Shown here: positions 39,709 to 48,449 of the stretch, one piece after another
Layout of the letters: each line of letters starts with the position of its first letter
Numbering within the stretch: the stretch's first letter is position 1
Assembly (NCBI GenBank): GCA_965223845.1
Contig: CBDCXR010000004.1
Span: forward strand, 4,704,001-4,768,000
Direction of reading: 5' to 3'
From: Planctomycetota bacterium
GTDB lineage: Bacteria; Planctomycetota; UBA8108; SXIK01
DNA length: 64,000 nt
Notes under the pieces: generated by a model
The model's input: only the letters and a program-made list of their open reading frames with translations
What the model was told of the DNA's origin: nothing
Database searches by the model: none
Position numbers and translations under genes: made by a program

Positions 39709-41310
39709 TCAGTACGTGTGCGCCGGATGGCGACCGAAGAGAACTTCAAACCCGAGCCACACGCTGTGAGCGTCGTCGCTCAAGTGATCGGCGTCATCGA
39801 AGTTGTATTGGAGTCGGATTCGCGAGTACTCCGACGGCTGCCAAAGGAGTAGCGGCGCGACGCGCAGGCGATCGCTGCGGAACGGGTCCGAATCCCGGTC
39901 GGGGTAGATCCCAACGCTCGCCCCCGATCCGGATGCGTGCTCCACTCGAGCCCCGATCGCCCAGTTGCGGAGGAAACCCCAGAGAAGCTGGGTGTAGACG
40001 CCGTAGTCGCCGAGGGTCGAGCTGCGGAAGAAGACATCGTCTCCGGGGTCGAGCGGATCGCCGGTATCCGCAAAGCGGTCCGCGTGGAAGCGGCGGTGAA
40101 CGTACTCGGTCTGCCAGACGACGAACGGCCAGCCCCGCTCGGCATCAAGTGGGCGCCAAGAGAGGATGAGATCGCCGCCGTAGACGAAGGTTCGACCGTC
40201 GCGTCCCGTCGAGTTCGGACCGGCGAGCGCGGAACCACCGAGAGCGATGGTCACCTCATCGGAGAGATCCCACGAGTTCACCCATCGAGCGAGGTAAGCG
40301 AAATCCTGAAGACTGCTCACCGAGCGGTCGACGAACGGTCGTCCGCCGATCGCGCGCTCCTCGAAGAACTCGTCATTGGCGAGGAAGCTCGCCATGGTCT
40401 CGCCATTTGCATTCTGAATCCCGACGTGGACCTCCGAAAACCACGGAAGCGGCGTCAGCCATCCGAGCCGCGCCCCCACGCCGCGCATGCCGTCGGGACC
40501 GAACACTCGATTGTGGATCACGGGTTGATCGAGCCACACCCACGCGTGGGGATGCTGCGGATTGTGCCGGCCGAACTCGGTCATCATCTGTCCGGCCTCG
40601 AGCTGAAGCCCGGCCTGATGGAGTCCGAACGGGAGCTGAAGGGTCGTGAAGAACGCCTCTTCGAGCTCGAACTCCGATTCGCCCTCATCCGGATCGAGAA
40701 AATAGATGAGATGCGCCTCTGCAGTGAGATACGGGTCGACTGCGCCGAGAACCGAAAGTTCGAGATTCTGAAAGGTGAATCCCCTCTTCCGTGGGTCGTG
40801 TCCGCCCCCCTGTAGATTGCGGAGCGCTTCTCCCTTCTCACTCGAGGAGCCGACCGCGAATAGAAGGTCGACGGAAAGTTCGATGAGGCGAAACGTCGCG
40901 TCGCCGGCCGAAAACGAGGCGAGGTCGCGTCGATTCGAATCGGCGGATTCGTCGGGGATCTGGAGGTCGTTGAGTGCCGAGTCGAGCGCGTGATCGAGCG
41001 CGCTCTCGTCCGAATCGGCGACGAGCGGGACGACGGGGTCTGGGTCCCCCGCCTCCGCGCGAATCGGCGCGCGGGCGGGAACCGGCTTACTCCGGGGATC
41101 GCCGCGGTTCTCGCGCGCCTGCCCCTCGCGAGGCCGCGGTGACGGGGACCTGGGCTCGCGCGGCGACGTCGCCGCCTCGAACAACTCACGCCGCAAGGCG
41201 TCCATTTCTTCAGCGATGCGCTCGTCCTCCGCGGACTCGGTCGGCTGCGCTTCTGCGGTTCCGCAGACAGCGACCGCCGCGATGAGGATCGCGCCGTTCC
41301 ATCGATTCAT
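39709..41310 (-). CDS. Outer-membrane beta-barrel protein of the zinc-uptake-associated type
   Basis: Signal peptide; GGHDP, GAVDPY, FGRHNPQHPHAW, PSEYSRIRLQY; C-terminal GRHPAHTY. Confidence 0.8.
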   Translation of the reverse strand: MNRWNGAILIAAVAVCGTAEAQPTESAEDERIAEEMDALRRELFEAATSPREPRSPSPRPREGQARENRGDPRSKPVPARAPIRAEAGDPDPVVPLVADSDESALDHALDSALNDLQIPDESADSNRRDLASFSAGDATFRLIELSVDLLFAVGSSSEKGEALRNLQGGGHDPRKRGFTFQNLELSVLGAVDPYLTAEAHLIYFLDPDEGESEFELEEAFFTTLQLPFGLHQAGLQLEAGQMMTEFGRHNPQHPHAWVWLDQPVIHNRVFGPDGMRGVGARLGWLTPLPWFSEVHVGIQNANGETMASFLANDEFFEERAIGGRPFVDRSVSSLQDFAYLARWVNSWDLSDEVTIALGGSALAGPNSTGRDGRTFVYGGDLILSWRPLDAERGWPFVVWQTEYVHRRFHADRFADTGDPLDPGDDVFFRSSTLGDYGVYTQLLWGFLRNWAIGARVEHASGSGASVGIYPDRDSDPFRSDRLRVAPLLLWQPSEYSRIRLQYNFDDADHLSDDAHSVWLGFEVLFGRHPAHTY

Positions 41311-41848
41311 GATTCCTCCCGGATAGGCCCGGATGTGTTCTGGTCTACTCCGCCGCTGCCCTCACCGTTTCGGGTGGGAGCGCCGCTCGTCCGACTCCGC
41401 GTCCTGGCTCGGCGGGCGTCGTCGGAACTTCGCGTCGTCGAATGGAGCTCGACGAGCGGCTTCATGGAATCGCCTCGTTCTCGGTCCGCGCGAAGATTCG
41501 ACGCGCTCGGCCTCGGGTCGACGGAACGGCTATCGCGACTGTCCGGCTCCGGTCAGCGCGAGAACGGGTTCACCGTCGCTCGAGATCGACGTTCCCGGAG
41601 TAAACCGAACCGATCGCCTCTCGCGCTGCGCAGCCGACGCCCGCGCCGTCTCGCGGCGGGGGCGGAAGCGCATCCGACGACGACCTCCCTGAGGGCGGCC
41701 AGGAGCACTCCTTCGAAGCGAACATGCGTGAAAGCACGCGATCGAGACGAGAAAAGCACACGTAACCCGCGACGGCGAAGCTCAGGCCATCCGAATCAAG
41801 TCGACGGCGAAGCGACGGAGAGTCGCTCGGAACGAGCCTCGAGTCCCG

Positions 41849-42316
41849 TCAGGCGGGCCGAGTTGGCGAAGGAGGAGGAGGACCACGCGGGAACGGCCGG
41901 CGAAACGCGTCGTCGGACGTCCAGCGTGTCTCCCGCTCGGCGCCGCGAACTCCGGGGCGGAGCGTGAGCGCGAGCGAAACGGAGAAGGAACCATCGCTGC
42001 GATTGACCGCTCGTACGCCCGTGCAGCAAAACGCACAAGCGCACGCGTGTTCGTGCGCCGCGGGACACGGGCCGGGGATCGTTTCGACGGCCGGGCCTCG
42101 GCTCGAGGCATCGAGCGCCGCCTCAGGGGGCCCGGCTCGGCCGGGCTCAGCGCCGAGATGAGCGGCGCAGCTCTCACCTTCGCAGACGAGCTCGGGCTCG
42201 GCGATCTCGTGCACGGTGCTGTGCACGACCGACCACGCTTGCAGAAGCACGGCGATCAGCGCGAGGCTCGCGCTGCAGAAATCGATGCACCGGCGCTCCG
42301 GAGTTGATCTAGACAT
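41849..42316 (-). CDS. DUF2946-like small protein with CxxC and C-terminal RGPP motif (putative metal-sensing leader)
   Basis: Signal/TM segment followed by HxxxH; [11 protein letters not shown]; RRPFPRGPP near the C-terminus; first gene upstream of the metal uptake operon. Confidence 0.75.
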   Translation of the reverse strand: MSRSTPERRCIDFCSASLALIAVLLQAWSVVHSTVHEIAEPELVCEGESCAAHLGAEPGRAGPPEAALDASSRGPAVETIPGPCPAAHEHACACAFCCTGVRAVNRSDGSFSVSLALTLRPGVRGAERETRWTSDDAFRRPFPRGPPPPSPTRPA

Positions 42317-42651
42317 GCGGGGCGTTCGCCGTCGGTGAAGCTCAGCGACCCTCGGTTCGAGAGGTCGGGTCCCCGAATCAACCCGTAGTTGACTCGGAGG
42401 CGCATCTTACGTCCGGGACGGCGGAGCCACAAGCTCCTCCCGCGTACGGTGTTCCGCAAAGATCATTCAGCGCGCGCAAACAGATGAGAAATCGCCGCCC
42501 GCTCCTTATAGTGTACGACCGTCGGTCGGGGGAGACGCCGGCCGGCATCCCGACGTCGGGGCGAATCGATCGCCCCGGAATCATCACTTCGTCGGCGCCC
42601 TCGGCCTCAGGCCCGGCGCTCGCGCTCACGTCCCCCGGAGTGACCCCAAGC

Positions 42652-43605
42652 ATGAAGCGAACGATTGATCGGCGCGAATTCATCAAGCGCTCGGCGCAGA
42701 CGACGGCCGCTGTCGCGCTGGCCGGATGCAGCGGCTTTCAGACCGCCCGACGCGAGCCCCTCTACAAGATTTCGCTCGCTCAGTGGTCGCTCCACAAAAC
42801 GATCTTCGGGAAGAAGCTCGACCATCTCGACTTCCCCGCGAAGACGGCCGAGCTCGGCATCAACGGCGTCGAGTACGTCAACCAGTTCTTCAAGGATAAG
42901 GCGGAAGACGAGGCCTACCTCGGTCAGCTGAAGACGAACGCAGAGAACGCCGGGGTCGAAAACCTGCTGATCATGATCGACGGCGAAGGCCGCCTCGGCG
43001 ACCCCGATGAGGCGAAGCGCGCGCAGGCCGTCGAGAACCACCACCGATGGGTCACGGCCGCGAAGTTTCTCGGTTGTCACTCGATCCGGGTGAACGCGGC
43101 GAGCGCGGGAAGCTACGACGAACAGAGCACTCTCGCAGCGGACGGGCTGCGCCGGCTCACGGAATTCGCCGCCGGTCACGACATCAACGTCATCGTCGAA
43201 AACCACGGCGGACTCTCCTCGAACGGCGCGTGGCTCGCCGAGACGATCACGAAAGTCGGCCATCCCCGCTGCGGGACCTTGCCGGACTTCGGCAACTTTC
43301 ACGTCGGCGGCGATCAGTGGTACGACCACTACAAAGGCGTCGAAGAGACGATGCCGTTCGCGAAGGCGGTGAGCGCCAAATCGTACGAGTTCGTCTCGGA
43401 TGTCGTCACCGAGCGAAAGAACAACGAGGGAAAGACGATGATCAGCATCGATTACCGGCGCATGATGGGCATCGTCGTCGCGGCGGGCTACAAGGGCTTC
43501 GTCGGAATCGAGTTCGAAGGGAAGGGACCGGAAGTCGAGGGCATCCTCAAGACGAAGGCCGTCCTCGAACTCGTCCGCGGTGAGCTCGAGGCCAAGACGA
43601 GCTGA
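42652..43605 (+). CDS. Tat-exported sugar phosphate isomerase/epimerase (xylose-isomerase-like TIM barrel)
   Basis: DRREFIK Tat motif; [29 protein letters not shown]. Confidence 0.9.
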   Translation: MKRTIDRREFIKRSAQTTAAVALAGCSGFQTARREPLYKISLAQWSLHKTIFGKKLDHLDFPAKTAELGINGVEYVNQFFKDKAEDEAYLGQLKTNAENAGVENLLIMIDGEGRLGDPDEAKRAQAVENHHRWVTAAKFLGCHSIRVNAASAGSYDEQSTLAADGLRRLTEFAAGHDINVIVENHGGLSSNGAWLAETITKVGHPRCGTLPDFGNFHVGGDQWYDHYKGVEETMPFAKAVSAKSYEFVSDVVTERKNNEGKTMISIDYRRMMGIVVAAGYKGFVGIEFEGKGPEVEGILKTKAVLELVRGELEAKTS

Positions 43606-43657
43606 CGACACTCGCAAGGAATCGGTGGAAGACGACGACCGTCGTCTTCGGGTTCCG

Positions 43658-45121
43658 CTATCGCTTCGGCTCCTTCAGCGTCTCGAGCACGGGATCGCCG
43701 ATCGCCTTCATTCGCTCGCGAATCCTCGCGTCGAGAGAAGCGATCGCCGCGCGGGCTTCCGCCGAATCGCTCCCGAGGAGGTTTCGTGCCTCCGCGGGAT
43801 CGCGGACGAGGTCGTAGAGCTCGTCGCGATCGGGATTGAGAAAGTCGCGAACGAGCTTCCAGCGCGGCGTGCGGTACATCCGCATGTGCGTTCGTGATTG
43901 GTGATGCGTGCTGTACTCGGCGTAGACGTCGTCGCTCCAGTTCGCCGGGGCGCGGCCCTTGAGGAGCGGGACGAAGCTGCGACCGCGGATCGTTTCCTTC
44001 GGCGGCAGCTCGGCCTCCGCGATCTCGACGAGCGTGGGATACCAGTCGAGATTCGTGACCGTCCGCTCGACCTTCGCCCCCGCCGCGACGACTCCCGGCC
44101 AACGGACGATGGTCGGCACGCGGAGCGACCGGTCGAACATGTTCGGTCTCTGATTGCGCGGGATGTTCTTCGTTGCGGGCGGCGCCTCGGTGAGCACGTA
44201 GTGGCCGTTCCCTTTGTGCCAGATCCCGCTGTGGCCCATGTTGTAGCCGTGGTCGCTCGAAAAGATCACGACCGTCTTGTCGGTGAGCTCGAGAGCGTCG
44301 AGCTTCTCGAGGATGCGACCGAGGTTTCGGTCGACGCTCCGCACGCTCGCGAGGTACTCACGCATCATCCGGCGAACGCGCGGCCCGTCGAGCTTCGGAA
44401 AATCGGGATTCGGGATCTCCATCTCGCGGTCGCGGTAGGGCGCCATGTCTTCGTCCGCAACGGGCAGCCACCGCGTGTGAGGTGCGCGGTAGTGAACGCA
44501 GAGGAGAAAGCGATCGGCCCGATGGCGATCGAGAAACCGGAGGGCGTCGTCGGTGAGGAGATCTGCGGTCAAGCCCTTCAGCTTCTTCTTTTCGCCGCTC
44601 ACTTCGAGCGTCGGATTCACCGTCGCGGCTCCGCCTTCGCGAAATCCCATGAAGTAGTCGAATCCGGTCCGCGTGGGATGGAAGCGATCGGGAACGCCGA
44701 GATGCCACTTTCCCACGAGGCCGGTGACGTAGCCGGACGACTGGAGCACCTCCGGCCAAGTGACGCGCGCCGGGTCGAGGCCGAGCTCGGGCTCGCGCTT
44801 CGGATGGATCCAGTCGGTGATTCCGAGCTCCGAACCGTAGCGACTCGTCATGAGGGTCGCCCGCGAAGGACTGCAAACGGGCGTGACGGTGAACGAGTTC
44901 GGGAGGTAGGCACCTTCGCGGGCGAGGCGATCCATGTGAGGCGTGATCGCCTGCTCGTTTCCCGAAGCCCCGAGCGCCCACGGCGCCTGGTCGTCGGTGA
45001 ACACGAAAAGAATGTTCGGCGGTGCAGCGAGCGAGATCGAAGTCACGGCGCAAACAGCCGCGAGAGCGAAGCACCATGGCGAAATCGGTAAGGAACGACG
45101 ACAGAGGCGAACGCGGGGCAT
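43658..45121 (-). CDS. Secreted formylglycine-dependent (S1) sulfatase
   Basis: PNILFVFTDD, CSPSRATLMT, GKWHLG, SDHG. Confidence 0.93.
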   Translation of the reverse strand: MPRVRLCRRSLPISPWCFALAAVCAVTSISLAAPPNILFVFTDDQAPWALGASGNEQAITPHMDRLAREGAYLPNSFTVTPVCSPSRATLMTSRYGSELGITDWIHPKREPELGLDPARVTWPEVLQSSGYVTGLVGKWHLGVPDRFHPTRTGFDYFMGFREGGAATVNPTLEVSGEKKKLKGLTADLLTDDALRFLDRHRADRFLLCVHYRAPHTRWLPVADEDMAPYRDREMEIPNPDFPKLDGPRVRRMMREYLASVRSVDRNLGRILEKLDALELTDKTVVIFSSDHGYNMGHSGIWHKGNGHYVLTEAPPATKNIPRNQRPNMFDRSLRVPTIVRWPGVVAAGAKVERTVTNLDWYPTLVEIAEAELPPKETIRGRSFVPLLKGRAPANWSDDVYAEYSTHHQSRTHMRMYRTPRWKLVRDFLNPDRDELYDLVRDPAEARNLLGSDSAEARAAIASLDARIRERMKAIGDPVLETLKEPKR

Positions 45122-45301
45122 GGCGGCTCTCCGGCAGCGAGGTGCGTCGGGTGAAGTTCGATCGGTTCGGGTCCCACGATGGTCGCCGGAGCGGAGCCGG
45201 AATCAAGACCGCTTCCGGCGCCGCGCTGATCGATTGACGACTCTCGCCGGTTTCGCGATAGTACGAACCTCGTCCACCAAGCAACCGCCGAGGATGCTCT
45301 C

Positions 45302-45646
45302 ATGGCCAAGATCGACTGGATGTATCACCGCCCCGGTTGAACGTCGTGCAAGCGAGCGCAAGGGTTCCTTGCCGAAACGACCGTCGACGTCAAAACCGAA
45401 GTGAACGCGCGCGCGACTCCGATGGGTCGAAAGGAGGCGCTCGAGCTCGCCGCTGGAGCGAACGAGATCTACTCCGCGAAGGGGAAAAAGATCACTCACA
45501 TCAAGCTGCGCGACAAGCCGGCCGACGAGGACATTCTCGCCGCGATGCTCGGGCCAACGGGCAACCTCCGTGCGCCGACGGTGCGCCGCGGAAAAACGCT
45601 CATCGTCGGATTCAATGCGGAGACGTACGAAAAGTTCTTCGGCTAG
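45302..45646 (+). CDS. ArsC/Spx-family thioredoxin-fold selenoprotein (UxxC), in-frame TGA at 45338-45340
   Basis: MAKIDWMYHRPG-TGA-TSCKRAQGFL reads in frame into the 45401 ORF, which carries GPTGNLRAPT and LIVGFN; GAGG RBS. Confidence 0.85.
45358..45372 (+). promoter_or_regulatory. Bacterial SECIS-like hairpin
   Basis: GCAAGG-GTT-CCTTGC stem-loop; the apical loop starts with G, 23 nt after the UGA. Confidence 0.7.
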
Positions 45647-45839
45647 CGAGGACTCTTTGACCCGAGGTTGCGACCCGGCGGCAAAGACGAAAACGCGTTC
45701 GCTCGGCGAATCCCACGTTGCCAGCGGGTCTGACCCCTTCCGCCGATGCTCACGTACGGTTCAGTACGATCCGCTTGGCGAGACCGTTCGAATACGCGGC
45801 TGACGACGCTCTCTTCGCCGTTCTTTGCCGCGCTGGCCT

Positions 45840-48449
45840 CTACGAACCTCCGCCGCCGCGCCGCTCTCTCGTGCGCGAGCGTGACTCACGCTGGCGCCGA
45901 GCGCGCTCGTCGAGGTCGTCGAAGGTGCTCTTCGCTCCCGCCGCGGGAGTCAGATGGCTCGCGAGGGAGCGAACGGTCGGGCGCTCGAAGAGGGTCACGA
46001 GAGAAATCTCCTGCGAGAACGCCTCCCGCAGTTCCTCCGCGACGTCGGTGATGCGCATCGAATCGCCCCCGAGCTCGAAGAAGTTGTCGTCGAGCCCAAC
46101 GCGATCGACGCCGAGGACGCGCTGGTAGATGTCGGCGACGGTGCGCTCGACGTCGGTGTGCGGCGCTTCGAACGTCGACTCGAGCTCGGGGCGAGCGCCA
46201 TCGGGGGCCGGGAGAGCGCGCCGATCGACCTTCCCGTGCGGAGTGAGCGGAATCGTGTCGAGGAGGACGAGCTGCCCGGGCACCATGTAATCGGGAAGCT
46301 TCGATTCGAGCTGCGCGCGAAGCCCGCCGGCCGTGGGTGCGGGTGAGCCGCGGGCGACGACGTAGCCGACGATTTGCGCCTCGCCGCGGTCGTCTTCGCG
46401 CAAGACCACGGTCGCGTCGCCCACGCCTTCGCACTCGCGGAGCCGCGCCTCGATCTCTCCGAGCTCAACGCGAAATCCGCGCAGCTGCACCTGGTCGTCG
46501 ATCCGCCGCAGATACTCCACGTCGCCGCCGGGGAGCATCCGCGCGAGGTCGCCGGTCCGGTACGCGCGCGAGCTCCCGTCCGCGAACGGATCGGTGATGA
46601 ACCGCTCGGCCGTGAGCGACGCTCGATTCAAATAACCGCCGCACACCCCCGCTCCGCCGACGATCAACTCACCGGGAAATCCGAGCGGCAAGAGGTCGAG
46701 ATCGGGACCGACGACCGCGAGCGAGAGATCGGCGAGAGGAGCACCGATCCGACTTCCGCGCGCGGCATCGACGTCGGCGCGCCGAATCGGGCGGTACGTG
46801 ACGTGAACCGTCGTCTCGGTGATGCCGTACATGTTGACGAGCTTCGGCACCTCATCGCCGTGCCGGTCGAGCCACGGAGTGAGCGACGAGAGCTCGAGCG
46901 CCTCGCCGCCGAACACGACGCAGCGAAGGGAGAGCGACGGTCGCGGGTCGAGCGACTCTTCGGCCCGGATGAGCTGGCGAAACGCCGACGGTGTCTGGCT
47001 GAGAACCGTCACACCCCGCTCGGCGAGGAGCGCGTAGAACTCCCGCGGCGATCGACTGATCGCGTACGGAACGACGACCACGCGGCCGCCGTAGAGGAGC
47101 GCGCCCCACATCTCCCACACCGAAAAATCGAACGCGTAAGAGTGAAAGAGCGTCCACACGTCGGTCGAGTCGAAAGCGAACTGGTCTTCCGTCGAGAGAA
47201 AGAGACGCCGAACGTTGCGGTGCGAAATCGCCGCTCCCTTCGGCTGACCGGTGGATCCCGAAGTGTAGTTCACATACGCGGGATCGTCCGGGTCACCGGC
47301 CGGCGCAGGACGTTCACGCGACGCCGATGCGATCGCCGAGCGCTCGTCGTCGAGGCAAAACACCGACACACCGCTGGGAACCTCGTTCGCGCAGACTCGC
47401 TCGGTCACGACGAGCGAAGCGCCGGCGTCTTCGACCATGAAGCGAGCGCGCTCCGGCGGATACGCCCGATCGATGGGAAGATACGCGGCGCCGGCTTTGA
47501 GGACGCCGAGGATCGTCGTCACGACGCGCGGGGTCCGGTCGAGCAGAATCCCGACGAGCTCCCCGCGGCCGACGCCGCGCTCGCGGAGTGCGCGAGCGAG
47601 ACGGTTCGATTCCTCGTCGAGCTCACGGTAGGTCAGCTCGCGCGCTCCGTCGCTCGCGACGAGCGCCACCGCGTCGGGTGAGCGATCGACCTGCGCTTCG
47701 AACGCTTCGTGGAGACGGTCCGTCACCGCGAACGATGCGCGTGGCGCTATTCTCGAGAGCTTCTCCTCGTCAGTCCCGCGCCCGGCGAGTCGAACGCGAG
47801 AGAGAGGACGCTCCGCATCGCCCGCCATTTCGCCGGCGAACGTCGCGAACGTCTCGACCCAGGATTCGGCGCTTTCCGCAGTAAGGAGCTCGGCATCGAA
47901 ATCGAACCGGACCGTCAGCGCGTTTCGACTCCCGGACACGGCGACGAACACATCCGCGCGGGCCGCGTGAACCATCAATTCACCCGCGTCGATTCCGGCG
48001 CCGAGATCACCCTCGGGAGCGACGGCGACGCGGGCGATCTCCGCGACCGCCTCGTTCCGCGAGAGCGGACACGGTTCCTCCGCGCCTGACGCGCGTAGGG
48101 CCTCGTCGACGCGCGCGATGAAATCGCGGACGCTGGGATCGTCACTCGCGTCGATGGAGAAAAGGCGCGCACCGCCCTCGCTCGCCGTCGCGATCGCGGC
48201 CGTCCGCTGATCCGCGAGCCGCTGAAAGAAAGCGTGCGCGAGCGCCGTCACGCCGGCTACTGGCCCAGCGTCGCACGCGTCGAACAGAGCGAAGATCGTC
48301 GCCGCAACTTCGCCCGGAATTGAACGCGCGACCTCCTCGCGACGAAAACCGGGCACGGGGGGGCGAGGAAAATCGAGCGGCAAACGAAACGCGTGCAGCC
48401 CGGCGACTTTCTCGTCGCTCCACGTTCGCGTTCGCATCGACTCCGCCAT
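45840..48449 (-). CDS. Stand-alone NRPS module: degenerate half-condensation domain, adenylation domain (Thr-type code) and PCP
   Basis: YTSGSTGQPKG, FDFSVWE, NMYGITETTVH, YRTGD, LRGFRVELGEIE, GKVDRRALP; PCP NFFELGGDS; N-terminal LPLDFPRP without HHxxxDG. Confidence 0.9.
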   Translation of the reverse strand: MAESMRTRTWSDEKVAGLHAFRLPLDFPRPPVPGFRREEVARSIPGEVAATIFALFDACDAGPVAGVTALAHAFFQRLADQRTAAIATASEGGARLFSIDASDDPSVRDFIARVDEALRASGAEEPCPLSRNEAVAEIARVAVAPEGDLGAGIDAGELMVHAARADVFVAVSGSRNALTVRFDFDAELLTAESAESWVETFATFAGEMAGDAERPLSRVRLAGRGTDEEKLSRIAPRASFAVTDRLHEAFEAQVDRSPDAVALVASDGARELTYRELDEESNRLARALRERGVGRGELVGILLDRTPRVVTTILGVLKAGAAYLPIDRAYPPERARFMVEDAGASLVVTERVCANEVPSGVSVFCLDDERSAIASASRERPAPAGDPDDPAYVNYTSGSTGQPKGAAISHRNVRRLFLSTEDQFAFDSTDVWTLFHSYAFDFSVWEMWGALLYGGRVVVVPYAISRSPREFYALLAERGVTVLSQTPSAFRQLIRAEESLDPRPSLSLRCVVFGGEALELSSLTPWLDRHGDEVPKLVNMYGITETTVHVTYRPIRRADVDAARGSRIGAPLADLSLAVVGPDLDLLPLGFPGELIVGGAGVCGGYLNRASLTAERFITDPFADGSSRAYRTGDLARMLPGGDVEYLRRIDDQVQLRGFRVELGEIEARLRECEGVGDATVVLREDDRGEAQIVGYVVARGSPAPTAGGLRAQLESKLPDYMVPGQLVLLDTIPLTPHGKVDRRALPAPDGARPELESTFEAPHTDVERTVADIYQRVLGVDRVGLDDNFFELGGDSMRITDVAEELREAFSQEISLVTLFERPTVRSLASHLTPAAGAKSTFDDLDERARRQRESRSRTRERRGGGGS

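Noticed and set aside
45401-45646. 81-aa ORF as a complete gene or pseudogene
   Set aside because: Better explained as the C-terminal part of a UGA-recoded selenoprotein starting at 45302.
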